From contig OZ024743.1 of the NCBI GenBank assembly GCA_964016885.1, positions 332,816,001 to 332,880,000 on the forward strand: a DNA stretch of 64,000 nt. Reading direction: 5' to 3'. Each line of letters starts with the position of its first letter. Position 1 is the stretch's first letter. A program made the translations under genes and the position numbers. Source of the DNA: Eledone cirrhosa (lineage: Eukaryota). This document shows, piece by piece, positions 51,915 to 64,000 of the stretch. The notes below the pieces were generated by a model. It was not told where the DNA came from, did no database searches, and was given only the letters and a program-made list of their open reading frames with translations.

Positions 51915-52260
51915 TGGTGAAGGTGCTTGGCATGGCTTAGTGGTTAGGTATTCAGCTCACAACTGTAATGGCATAGGTTTGATTCCTGGTGGTGCCTGAC
52001 TGTGGGTAGGATTCACAATCATAACAGCATGGGCTTGATTCCTGGTGGAATGTTATGTCCTTAAGCAAGACACTTTATTTCACATTGCTTCAGTGCACAC
52101 AGCTGGCAAAAATAAGTTTTATCTGTAGTACAATGGGCTAGCCATGTCACATAATGTGTCACACTGAATCTCCCTGAGAACTATGCTAAGGTTACACCTG
52201 TCTTTGGAATGCTCAGCTATTTGTCGTTTAATTTTACAAGTAAGCTGTATCATTGTTTGA
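51915..52260 (+). mobile_element. Older CORE-type SINE with partial head duplication
   Basis: TGGCTTAGTGG A box; TTGATTCCTGGTGG occurs twice; CCTTAAGCAAGACACTTTATTTCACATTGCT CORE-like segment. Confidence 0.7.
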
Positions 52261-52387
52261 ATCACTGGAACACTTAACTGAGGCTCAACAAGCATTTTAT
52301 GAAACAAGTATTGAATGTAACAGTCAACTGTTCACAGCTTCACAATTCAATGCCTTCGGCATGTTAGTCAACTGTTCCTGTTCTCAG

Positions 52388-55300
52388 ATAGAGTGGTTCT
52401 ATTGTTAGGTAGAGTGGTTCTATTGTTAGGTAGAGTGGTTCTATTGTTAGGTAGAGTGGTTCTATTGTGAGGTAGAGTGGTTCTATTGTTAGGTAGAGTG
52501 GTTCTATTGTTGGATTGAGTGCGTCTATTGTTGGATAGAGTGATTCTATTGTTAGGTAGATTGGTTCTATTGTTAGGTAGAATGGCTCTATTGCTGGTTA
52601 GGGTGGTTCTATTGTTGGGTAGATTGGGTCTATTGTTGGATAGATTGGGTCTATTGTTGGATAGAGTGGATCTATTGTTGGATAGAGTGGATCTATTGTT
52701 GGATAGAGTGGTTCTATTGTTAGGTAGAGTGGTTCTATTGTTAGGTAGAGTGGTTCTATTGTTAGGTAGAGTGGTTCTATTGTTAGGTAGAGTGGTTCTA
52801 TTGTTGGATAGAGTGGTTCTATTGTTAGGTAGAGTGGTTCTATTGTTGGATAGAGTGGTTCTATTGTTGGATAGAGTGGTTCTATTGTTGGATAGAGTGG
52901 GTCTATTGTTAGGTAGAGTGGTTCTATTGTTAGGTAGAGTGGTTCTATTGTTAGGTAGAGTGGTTCTATTGTTAGGTAGAGTGGTTCTATTGTTAGGTAG
53001 AGTGGTTCTATTGTTAGGTAGAGTGGTTCTATTGTTAGGTAGAGTGGGTCTATTGTTGGATAGAGTGGGTCTATTGTTGGATAGAGTGGGTCTATTGTTA
53101 GGTAGAGTGGTTCTATTGTTAGGTAGAGTGGTTCTATTGTTAGGTAGAGTGGTTCTATTGTTAGGTAGAGTGGTTCTATTGTTAGGTAGAGTGGTTCTAT
53201 TGTTGGGTAGAGTGGGTCTATTGTTGGATAGAGTGGGTCTATTGTTAGGTAGAGTGGTTCTATTGTTAGGTAGAGCGGTTCTATTGTTAGGTAGAGTGGT
53301 TCTATTGTTGGGTAGAGTGGGTCTATTGTTGGATAGAGTGGGTCTATTGTTAGGTAGAGTGGTTCTATTGTTAGGTAGAGCGGTTCTATTGTTGGGTAGA
53401 GTGGTTCTATTGTTGGGTAGAGTGGGTCTATTGTTTGATAGAGTGGGTCTATTGTTGGATAGAGTGGGTCTATTGTTAGGTAGAGTGGTTCTATTGTTGG
53501 GTAGAGTGGTTCTATTGTTGGGTAGAGTGGTTCTATTGTTGGGTAGAGTGGGTCTATTGTTTGATAGAGTGGGTCTATTGTTGGATAGAGTGGGTCTATG
53601 GTTAGGTAGAGTGGGTCAATTGTTGGTTAGAGTGGTTCTATTGTTGGGTAGAGTGGTTCTATTGTTGGGTAGAGTGGTTCTATTGTTGGGTAGAGTGGTT
53701 CTATTGTTAGGTAGAGTTATTCTATTGTTGGATAGAGTGGTTCTATTGTTGGGTAGAGTGGTTCTATTGTTGGGTAGAGTGGTTCTATTGTTGGGTAGAG
53801 TGGTTCTATTGTTGGGTAGAGTGGTTCTATTGTTGGGTAGAGTGGGTCTATTGTTTGATAGAGTGGGTCTATTGTTGGATAGAGTGGGTCTATTGTTAGG
53901 TAGAGTGGGTCAATTGTTGGTTAGAGTGGTTCTATTGTTGGGTAGAGTGGTTCTATTGTTGGGTAGAGTGGTTCTATTGTTGGGTAGAGTGGTTCTATTG
54001 TTAGGTAGAGTTATTCTATTGTTGGATAGAGTGGTTCTATTGTTGGGTAGAGTGGTTCTATTGTTGGGTAGAGTGGTTCTATTGTTGGGTAGAGTGGTTC
54101 TATTGTTGGGTAGAGTGGTTCTATTGTTGGGTAGAGTGGTTCTATTGTTGGGTAGAGTGGTTCTATTGTTGGGTAGAGTGGTTCTATTGTTGGGTAGAGT
54201 GGTTCTATTGTTGGATAGAGTGGGTCAATTGTTGGTTAGAGTGGGTCTATTGTTAGGTAGAGTGGTTCTATTGTTGGGTAGATGGGTCTATTGTTTGATA
54301 GAGTGGGTCAATTGTTGGTTAGAGTGGTTCTATTGTTGGGTAGTGGTTCTATTGTTGGATAGAGTGGTTCTATTGTTGGATAGAGTGATTCTATTGTTGG
54401 GTAGAGTGGTTCTATTGTTGGGTAGAGTGGTTCTATTGTTGGGTAGAGTGGTTCTATTGTTGGGTAGAGTGGTTCTATTGTTGGGTAGAGTGGGTCTATT
54501 GTTTGATAGAGTGGGTCAATTGTTGGTTAGAGTGGTTCTATTGTTGGATAGAGTGATTCTATTGTTGGGTAGAGTGGGTCTATTGTTTGATAGAGTGGGT
54601 CAATTGTTGGTTAGAGTGGTTCTATTGTTGGGTAGTGGTTCTATTGTTGGGTAGAGTGGTTCTATTGTTAGGTAGAGTTATTCTATTGTTGGATAGAGTG
54701 GTTCTATTGTTGGATAGAGTGATTCTATTGTTGGGTAGAGTGGTTCTATTGTTGGGTAGAGTGGTTCTATTGTTGGGTAGAGTGGTTCTATTGTTGGGTA
54801 GAGTGGTTCTATTGTTGGATAGAGTGATTCTATTGTTGGGTAGAGTGGTTCTATTGTTGGGTAGAGTGGTTCTATTGTTGGGTAGAGTGGTTCTATTGTT
54901 GGGTAGAGTGGTTCTATTGTTAGGTAGAGTGGTTCTATTGTTGGATAGAGTGATTCTATTGTTGGGTAGAGTGGTTCTATTGTTGGGTAGAGTGGTTCTA
55001 TTGTTGGGTAGAGTGGTTCTATTGTTGGATAGAGTGATTCTATTGTTGGGTAGAGTGGTTCTATTGTTGGGTAGAGTGGTTCTATTGTTGGGTAGAGTGG
55101 TTCTATTGTTGGATAGAGTGATTCTATTGTTGGGTAGTGGTTCTATTGTTGGGTAGAGTGGTTCTATTGTTGGATAGAGTGGGTCTATTGTTGGGTAGAG
55201 TTATTCTATTGTTGGTTAGAGTGGTTCTATTGTTGGATAGTGGTTCTATTGTTGGATAGAGTGGGTCTATTGTTGGATAGAGTGGGTCTATTGTTGGGTA

Positions 55301-58300
55301 GAGTGGTTCTATTGTTGGTTAGAGTGGTTCTATTGTTGGGTAGAGTGGTTCTATTGTTAGGTAGAGCGATTCTATTGTTGGTTAGAGTGGTTCTATTGTT
55401 GGATAGAGTGGGTCTATTGTTGGATAGAGTGGGTCTATTGTTGGTTAGAGTGGTTCTATTGTTGGATAGTGGTTCTATTGTTGGATAGAGTGGGTCTATT
55501 GTTAGGTAGAGTGGTTCTATTGTTGGTTAGAGTGGTTCTATTGTTGGATAGTGGTTCTATTGTTGGATAGAGTGGGTCTATTGTTGGATAGAGTGGGTCT
55601 ATTGTTGGATAGAGTGGGTCTATTGTTGGATAGAGTGGTTCTATTGTTGGGTAGAGTGATTCTATTGTTAGGTACAGTGGTTCTATTGTTGGGTAGAGTG
55701 ATTCTATTGTTAGGTACAGTGGTTCTATTGTTGGATAGAGTGGTTCTATTGTTAGGTAGAGTGGTTCTATTGTTGGGTAGAGTGATTCTATTGTTAGGTA
55801 CAATGGTTCTATTGTTGGGTAGAGTGATTCTATTGTTAGGTACAGTGGTTCTATTGTTGGGTAGATGGGTCTATTGTTGGATAGAGTGGTTCTATTGTTA
55901 GGTAGAGTGGTTCTATTGTTAGGTAGAGTGGTTCTATTGTTGGATAGAGTGGTTCTATTGTTAGGTAGAGTGGTTCTATTGTTGGGTAGATGGGTCTATT
56001 GTTGGATAGAGTGGGTCTATTGTTGGATAGAGTGGGTCTATTGTTGGATAGAGTGGTTCTATTGTTGGATAGAGTGGGTCTATTGTTAGGTAGAGTGGTT
56101 CTATTGTTGGATAGAGTGGTTCTATTGTTAGGTAGAGTGGTTCTATTGTTGGTTAGAGTGGTTCTATTGTTGGATAGAGTGGTTCTATTGTTGGATAGAG
56201 TGGGTCTATTGTTAGGTAGAGTGGTTCTATTGTTGGATAGAGTGGTTCTATTGTTAGGTAGAGTGGTTCTATTGTTAGGTAGAGTGGTTCTATTGTTGGA
56301 TAGAGTGGTTCTATTGTTAGGTAGAGTGGTTCTATTGTTGGTTAGAGTGGTTCTATTGTTGGATAGAGTGGTTCTATTGTTGGATAGAGTGGGTCTATTG
56401 TTAGGTGGAGTGGTTCTATTGTTGGGTAGAGTGGTTCTATTGTTGGGTAGAGTAGTTCTATTGTTAGGTAGAGTGGTTCTATTGTTGGGTAGAGTGGTTC
56501 TATTGTTGGATAGAGTGGGTCTATTGTTAGGTAGAGTGGTTCTATTGTTGGGTAGAGTGGTTCTATTGTTAGGTAGAGTGGTTCTATTGTTGGGTAGAGT
56601 AGTTCTATTGTTAGGTAGAGTGGTTCTATTGTTAGGTAGAGTGGTTCTATTGTTAGGTAGAGCGGTTCTATTGTTAGGTAGAGCGGTTCTATTGTTAGGT
56701 AGAGCGGTTCTATTGTTAGGTAGAGCGGTTCTATTGTTGGGTAGAGTGGTTCTATTGTTAGGTAGAGTGGTTCTATTGTTAGGTAGAGTGGTTCTATTGT
56801 TAGGTAGAGTGGTTCTATTGTTAGGTAGAGTGGTTCTATTGTTAGGTAGAGTGGTTCTATTGTTAGGTAGAGCGGTTCTATTGTTAGGTAGAGCGGTTCT
56901 ATTGTTGGGTAGAGTGGTTCTATTGTTGGATAGAGTGGGTCTATTGTTAGGTAGAGTGGTTCTATTGTTAGGTAGAGCGGTTCTATTGTTAGGTAGAGCG
57001 GTTCTATTGTTGGGTAGAGTGGGTCTATTGTTGGATAGAGTGGGTCTATTGTTGGATAGAGTGGGTCTATTGTTGGGTAGAGTTATTCTATTGTTGGATA
57101 GAGTGGTTCTATTGTTAGGTAGAGTGGTTCTATTGTTGGGTAGAGTAGTTCTATTGTTGGGTAGTGGTTCTATTGTTGGGTAGAGTGGTTCTATTGTTGG
57201 TTAGAGTGGTTCTATTGTTGGGTAGTGGTTCTATTGTTGGGTAGAGTGGGTCTATTGTTGGGTAGAGTGGGTCTATTGTTTGATAGAGTGGGTCAATTGT
57301 TGGTTAGAGTGGTTCTATTGTTGGGTAGTGGTTCTATTGTTAGGTAGAGTGGTTCTATTGTTGGGTAGAGTGGGTCTATTGTTGGATAGAGTGGTTCTAT
57401 TGTTGGTTAGAGTGGTTCTATTGTTGGGTAGAGTGGTTCTATTGTTGGGTAGAGTGGTTCTATTGTTAGGTAGAGTGGCTCAATTGTTAGAGAGAGTGGT
57501 TCTATTGTTGGATAGAGTGGTTCTATTGTTGGGTAGAGTGGTTCTATTGTTGGATAGAGTGGGTCTATTGTTGGTTAGAGTGGGTCTATTGTTGGATAGA
57601 GTGGTTCTATTGTTGGGTAGATGGGTCTATTGTTGGACAGAGTGGGTCTATTGTTAGGTAGAGTGGTTCTATTGTTAGGTAGAGTGGGTCTATTGTTGGG
57701 TAGAGTGGTTCTATTGTTGGGTAGAGTGATTCTATTGTTGGTTAGAGTGGGTCTATTGTTGGATAGAGTGGGTCTATTGTTGGTTAGAGTGGGTCTATTG
57801 TTGGATAGAGTGGTTCTATTGTTGGGTAGAGTGGTTCTATTGTTGGATAGAGTGGGTCTATTGTTGGTTAGAGTGGGTCTATTGTTGGATAGAGTGGTTC
57901 TATTGTTGGGTAGAGTGGTTCTATTGTTGGATAGAGTGGTTCTATTGTTGGATAGAGTGGTTCTATTGTTGGGTAGATGGGTCTATTGTTGGACAGAGTG
58001 GGTCTATTGTTAGGTAGAGTGGTTCTATTGTTAGGTAGAGTGGGTCTATTGTTGGGTAGAGTGGTTCTATTGTTGGGTAGAGTGATTCTATTGTTGGTTA
58101 GAGTGGGTCTATTGTTGGATAGAGTGGGTCTATTGTTGGGTAGAGTGGTTCTATTGTTGGGTAGAGTGGTTCTATTGTTGGATAGAGTGGTTCTATTGTT
58201 GGATAGAGTGGGTCTATTGTTGGGTAGAGTGGTTCTATTGTTTGATAGAGTGGTTCTATTGTTGGATAGAGTGGTTCTATTGTTGGGTAGAGTGGTTCTA

Positions 58301-60638
58301 TTGTTGGATAGAGTGGTTCTATTGTTGGATAGAGTGGGTCTATTGTTGGGTAGAGTGGTTCTATTGTTTGATAGAGTGGTTCTATTGTTGGGTAGAGTAG
58401 TTCTATTGTAGGGTAGAATGATTCTATTGTTAGGTAGAGTGGTTATATTGTTGGGTAGAGTGGATCTATTGTTGGATAGAGTGATTCTATTGTTGGTTAG
58501 AGTGGTTCTATTGTTGGATAGAGTGGTTCTATTGTTGGGTAGATGGGTCTATTGTTGGACAGAGTGGGTCTATTGTTAGGTAGAGTGGTTCTATTGTTAG
58601 GTAGAGTGGGTCTATTGTTGGGTAGAGTGGTTCTATTGTTGGGTAGAGTGATTCTATTGTTGGTTAGAGTGGGTCTATTGTTGGATAGAGTGGGTCTATT
58701 GTTGGGTAGAGTGGTTCTATTGTTGGGTAGAGTGGTTCTATTGTTGGATAGAGTGGTTCTATTGTTGGATAGAGTGGGTCTATTGTTGGGTAGAGTGGTT
58801 CTATTGTTTGATAGAGTGGTTCTATTGTTGGATAGAGTGGTTCTATTGTTGGGTAGAGTGGTTCTATTGTTGGATAGAGTGGTTCTATTGTTGGATAGAG
58901 TGGGTCTATTGTTGGGTAGAGTGGTTCTATTGTTTGATAGAGTGGTTCTATTGTTGGGTAGAGTAGTTCTATTGTAGGGTAGAATGATTCTATTGTTAGG
59001 TAGAGTGGTTATATTGTTGGGTAGAGTGGATCTATTGTTGGATAGAGTGATTCTATTGTTGGTTAGAGTGGTTCTATTGTTGGATAGAGTGGTTCTATTG
59101 TTGGATCGAGTGGGTCTATTGTTGGTTAGAGTGGGTCTATTGTTAGGTAGAGTGGTTCTATTGTTGGTTAGAGTGGTTCTATTGTTGGTTAGAGTGGTTC
59201 TATTGTTGGGTAGAGTGATTCTATTGTTGGATAGAGTGGTTCTATTGTTGGATAGTGGTTCTATTGTTGGATAGAGTGGGTCTATTGTTGGATAGAGTGG
59301 GTCTATTGTTGGATAGAGTGGTTCTATTGTTGGATAGAGTGGTTCTATTGTTAGGTAGAGTGGTTCTATTGTTGGTTAGAGTAGTTCTATTGTTGGTTAG
59401 AGTGGTTCTATTGTTGGTTAGAGTGGGTCTATTGTTGGATAGAGTGGGTCTATTGTTGGATAGAGTGGTTCTATTGTTGGATAGAGTGGTACTATTGTTG
59501 GGTAGAGTGATTCTATTGTTGGGTAGAGTGATTCTATTGTTGGTTAGAGTGGGTCTATTGTTGGATAGAGTGGGTCTATTGTTGGTTAGAGTGGGTCTAT
59601 TGTTGGGTAGAGTGATTCTATTGTTGGGTAGAGTGATTCTATTGTTGGTTAGAGTGATTCTATTGTTGGTTAGAGTGGTTCTATTGTTGGTTAGAGTGGT
59701 TCTATTGTTGGTTAGAGTGGTTCTATTGTTGGTTAGAGTGGTTCTATTGTTGGATAGAGTGATTCTATTGTTGGTTAGAGTGGGTCTATTGTTAGGTAGA
59801 GTGGTTCTCTTGTTAGGTAGAGTGGTTCTATTGTTAGGTAGAGTGGTTCTATTGTTGGGTAGTGGTTCTATTGTTGGGTAGAGTGGTTCTATTTTTGGGT
59901 AGAGTGGTTCTATTGTTGGTTAGAGTGGGTCTATTGTTGGTTAGAGTGGTTCTATTGTTCGGTAGAGTGGTTCTATTGTTGGTTAGAGTGGTTCTATTGT
60001 TGGATAGAGTGGGTCTATTGTTGGATAGAGTGGGTCTATTGTTAGGTAGAGTGGTTCTATTGTTAGGTAGAGTGGTTCTATTGTTAGGTAGAGTGGTTCT
60101 ATTGTTAGGTAGAGTGGTTCTATTGTTGGTTAGAGTGGTTCTATTGTTGGATAGAGTGATTCTATTGTTGGTTAGAGTGGGTCTATTGTTAGGTAGAGTG
60201 GTTCTATTGTTAGGTAGAGTGGTTCTATTGTTAGGTAGAGTGGTTCTATTGTTGGTTAGAGTGGTTCTATTGTTGGATAGAGTGGGTCTATTGTTGGATA
60301 GAGTGGGTCTATTGTTAGGTAGAGTGGTTCTCTTGTTGGGTAGTGGTTCTATTGTTGGGTAGAGTGGTTCTATTGTTGGGTAGAGTGGTTCTATTGTTGG
60401 GTAGAGTGGTTCTATTGTTGGGTAGTGGTTCTATTGTTGGATAGTGGTTCTATTGTTAGGTAGAGTGGTTCTATTGTTGGATAGAGTGGATCTATTGTTG
60501 GGTAGAGTGGTTCTATTGTTGGGTAGTGGGTCTATTGTTAGGTAGAGTGGTTCTATTGTTGGATAGAGTGGTTCTATTGTTAGGTAGAGTAGTTCTATTG
60601 TTAGGTAGAGTGGTTCTATTGTTGGTTAGAGTGGTTCT
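52388..60638. repeat. Satellite 4: 21-bp tandem array, consensus TAGAGTGG(T/G)TCTATTGTT(A/G)G(G/A/T), roughly 390 units; intronic
   Basis: Directly visible; occasional 19- and 20-bp deletion units shift the reading frame. Confidence 0.98.
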
Positions 60639-61174
60639 CATTCTGGACTGCTCCCATTCCTGGGTAGACTGCTCAGTCAACTAGTTTAGCCCTTTTTATA
60701 CCAACCCAGCCAAAAATGGCTCTGGTTCTACAAAACAAAAGCACCCATTGTAAATTAAAACCTATTTTAGTAATTCTTTCCCTCAGAATTAAGATACATA
60801 AACAAAAAAAAAAGACAAAACAAAACATTAGACAAACACATTTACTTTGCAACCATGTAGTTTTGGGTTCAATCTCATGGTGTGGCATTTTGGTTACATG
60901 TCTTCTACTAGAACCTTGGGTTGGCCAAAACGTTTGGAAGTAAAATTTCATAGTAATTATGCAGAACCCTGTGTGTGTATGTGTTTATATGTCCCGTAAT
61001 TTAGCAGTTCAACAAAAAAAAATTGATAAAATAAGTAACAAGACATGAAAAAAATATGTACTGGTGTTAATATTATTGACTAAATCCTTTCAAGGCGGTG
61101 CTCCAGCATGACCGCAGTCTACTGACTTAAACAAACAAAAGAATAAATAGAGAAAAGTGAACATTTCTACTTAC

Positions 61175-61417
61175 TTTTGCAAAACTGGTTCCTTTACTAA
61201 AGAATCTCCAATAGGAATTTCATATCGAGGTTTTAATGGAGAGAACTCATTTAATTTTATACGAGCCATGTTATTTGCCAGAGCATAGAGCTCAAATTTA
61301 AAGCGTACATTGTTTTTTCTGTTAACAAGTTGCAAAGTTATACTTGAAGGTTTTAAATCCAAAGAATCCAGCAGTACTGCATATGAGGAATGACCAGCCT
61401 CGACTGCTCTTTGGCGC
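61175..61417 (-). CDS. GANAB: GANAB-like exon 1 of those in window (RQRAVEAGHSSYAVLLDSLDLKPSSITLQLVNRKNNVRFKFELYALANNMARIKLNEFSPLKPRYEIPIGDSLVKEPVLQ); not the first exon of the gene
   Basis: Aligns by eye to the glucosidase II alpha N-terminus (RQR...G.S.Y..LLDSL...NM.R...E..P..PRY..P..LV..P); ttccAG / AA|GTAAGT; phase 2-2. Confidence 0.92.
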
Positions 61418-61754
61418 CTGGAAATAAAATTAATTTATAAAAATAAATAAAATGAAAAAAAAAAGATAAGGGGGTGAGTTGGAAAATTGGTAATTTTTCT
61501 AGATTGTCTCTGTAGATTGGCTCTGAAAAATTAATTTGGTGGGGTTCGAGCCTCGAGAATACAAAATATTATCAGTTTCTTAGATGATCCATATTAACAT
61601 AAAAATCAATTGGGTTTATCAGGCCAAAGCGCATATGTTTGTTTTCTGAGGTGTGGAGCACTCAACCACTTAATTGTATAGGTATTCACCCAATTAATAC
61701 ATCAATAGAATCACGAACAAAGACCACTCATGTATGGGCGTCATCTTGGGACAT

Positions 61755-62040
61755 TGGACACAGATATTGTCAGCTCGTCAAGATTCAAATAGCAGACACC
61801 ATATATACCAGTTCCAGCCAGTATATCCACAGCAGTGTGAACAATCTAGCCATGAATGGTCATCATAGACATCTGATCTGACACAGATATTGTCGGCTAG
61901 TCATGATTCAACCAGCAGACACCATTTATACCAGTTCCAGCCAAGTATGAACAGTCTAGCCATGTATAGTGATCATAGACATTTGACACAGAGATTATCA
62001 GCCAGTAAAGTCACAATACCAACAGCAGACATCCACCATA
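61755..62040. repeat. Degenerate tandem repeat of about 105-120 bp, about 2.5 copies
   Basis: GACACAGATATTGTC.GCT...AGCAGACACCAT.TATACCAGTTCCAGCCA...TCATAGACAT recurs. Confidence 0.7.
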
Positions 62041-62261
62041 TCATCATCATCATTTTACATATAAATATGAGAATTAGACATGGCATTAGGTCCAATTAGG
62101 TTCAGTATCACTAAAGCTGGACAGCTGGAAGCAGAGGTTTTAACGAGGTTGATAACTAAAGTGTTAAAAAATTCCCAAACAACCAAAATGGAGTTTTTAT
62201 AGGATGTTGTGCCATAGATCTCAACTCCTGCTAGAGTGGTAAAGGCATGATTTGATGATGA

Positions 62262-63163
62262 TTTCATTTTACGTCTGCTTTTTCCCTGCTTGCAAGGGTG
62301 GGACAGGAACTGATTCTGGCTTGATTTCTACAGCTGGATGCCCTTCCTAACACCAACCTCATTTACAGTGAGGGCTGGGTGCTTTTTTGCCGTGGCACCT
62401 CCACGACCACTTTGCAGTGGAATGATATGGACCCCAGTTCCTATCATCTCATTTCTACAGCTGAGTAAACTGGAGCAATGTGAAATAAAGTGTCTTGCTC
62501 AAGGAAACAACACATCACCCGGTCTGAGAATTGAACTCACTACCTTTCGATTCATCATCATCATCATCATCATCGTTTAACATCCTTGTTCCATGCTTGC
62601 ATGGGTTTGGACGGGAGTTTTCCCACTTGAGGCAAGAGTGGTTGTCTTGCTCGCATAGGACTGTCTGGCGGGTTTTCTACAGTTGGATGCCCTTCCTAAC
62701 ACCAACCACATTTACAGTGTGGGGCTGGGAGGTTTTTACCGTGTTGCCTACACGGCCACATTACAGCGTGGACTGTCTGGCAGGTTTTCTACAGCTGGAT
62801 GCCCTTCCTAACACCAACCACATTTACAGTGTGGGACTGGGACGTTTTTACCGTGTTGCCTACACGGTCACATTACAGCGTGGACTGTGTGTTTTTTTTT
62901 CGTGACACCTACACGATCTCATTTGTTTCGGCCTGGATTTTGTGGCACCAACATAACTTTACATTGAAAGGGGCGGTGTGGATGGGGTGGGGGTGGTGGG
63001 ACAGGGGTGTATTTTGTTAGAGATGCCTACTGACTGTAGTAGGTTTTACTTTGTATTTAGGTAACGCGGGTCTTCTCTGTTACTGAGTACCGCCAAAGGT
63101 CTCGGTCCAGTGACATTGTCTTGGAGAGGTGTAGGCCAATTCTCTAACCACTAAGCCATGTGC
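62262..63163 (-). mobile_element. CORE-type SINE (62262-62551 plus head 63133-63163) interrupted by an RTE subfamily B 3' fragment (62552-63132)
   Basis: SINE sequence stops at ACCTTTCGATT and resumes at AGGCCAAT.CTCTAACCACTAAGCC; insert matches the reverse complement of 18255-18450 and ends in (TGA)n; about 112-bp internal tandem duplication at 62660-62890. Confidence 0.85.
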
Positions 63164-63408
63164 CCTATTATTATATATAGCCTGTCATAGGCATTTTAAA
63201 CCTGGAAGAGCCCATTTCTCTTCAGGTCAGAACACAATTGAGTCTTTCCAGAAGAATAAAAAAAAAAGAACAAAAGACAAGTTGATCACGGTGAGATTAG
63301 AACTCAGAGCATAGAGAGCTGGAATGAAACTACAATGTGTTCTAACTGATGTTCTAATGACTCTGCCAATTGCCACTTTTCTTTTAAATAGCCAATTAAA
63401 TTAAAATG

Positions 63409-63800
63409 AAGGCACATGGCTTAGTGGTTAGAGCATTGGGCTTGCAATCGAAAGGTTGTGAGTTCAATTCTCGGACCGGGTGATGTGTTGTTTCCTTGAG
63501 CAAGACACTTTATTTCACATTGCTCCAGTTTACTCATCTGTAGAAAGGAGATGATAGGACTGGGGTCCCTATCATTCCACTGTAAAGTGGACATGTAGGC
63601 GCCACGGAAAAAAAGCACCCAGCACTCACTTTAAATGAGGTTGGTGTTAGGAAGGGCATGCAGCTGTAGAAATCAAGCCAGAATCAGTTCCTGAATGGGC
63701 AAGACAAGGTCAGCCGACTGGACACTGCTCACAACAGGACAACCTGTCTAATCCATGCTAGCATGGAAGAACGGACGTAAAACAGTGATGATGATGATGA
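63409..63800 (+). mobile_element. tRNA-derived CORE-type SINE, long-tail form carrying the RTE-A 3' end
   Basis: A/B boxes and CORE-like segment, then sequence matching 49548-49770 including GGTCAGCCGAC.GGACACTGC.CACAACAGGACAACC. Confidence 0.9.
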
Positions 63801-64000
63801 AGGAAGGAAACAATGATTTTTTTTTTTTGCTTTAATATGTCTCAAGGCAAGAGGCTTAGGCTAGAGTTTATATTGGTTTCATCAGGTGTTGAGCAACCAT
63901 AAATACAAGACTCTGCACTGGCTGGGAGAACAGTTCATCACAAGATTAAAGAAAACCCACCCTCCTGGCTGCTGCTGTTGGTACTCATTTTTTCAGTTAA

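Noticed and set aside
52519-60362. (LLLGRVV)n leucine-rich ORFs up to 711 aa and the antisense (PTIEPLY)n ORF
   Set aside because: 21-bp unit artefact; 19/20-bp deletion units shift frame repeatedly and there is no unique domain or splice context.
61418-64000. GANAB start/signal-peptide exon or promoter
   Set aside because: No sequence encoding the expected FKTC..S.FC motif or a signal peptide was found; the region is repeat-filled intron.

Overview
AT-rich eukaryotic (metazoan) genomic DNA. The SINE/RTE repertoire and (TGA)n tails suggest a coleoid cephalopod such as Octopus, but this is inference. The window lies entirely inside one minus-strand gene, neutral alpha-glucosidase AB / glucosidase II alpha subunit (GANAB-like, GH31). 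I traced 11 internal coding exons between 61417 and 12370 (1355 nt, about 451 codons). All have GT-AG boundaries and mutually consistent phases. The signal-peptide exon(s) and the catalytic nucleophile/acid-base exons lie outside the window. About 43% of the window is four intronic tandem arrays (45/48-bp, 67-bp, 41-bp and 21-bp units), and the long + strand 'ORFs' are artefacts of these arrays. The rest is dense in RTE-clade LINE fragments, a tRNA-derived CORE-type SINE sharing the RTE 3' tail, a second SINE family, Penelope-like remnants, and mariner, piggyBac and Helentron-like non-autonomous elements. No prokaryotic-type system (CRISPR etc.) and no novel protein family is supported. The most interesting signals are: (i) two of the satellites appear to be born from different modules of the same SINE/LINE pair; (ii) the 12-kb array puts about 260 UGUA-AAUAAA-CA-GU-rich cassettes on the pre-mRNA strand just after an exon; (iii) an RTE/Penelope chimera with a 110-bp inverted repeat and a candidate hammerhead ribozyme; (iv) several fold-back structures in the pre-mRNA.
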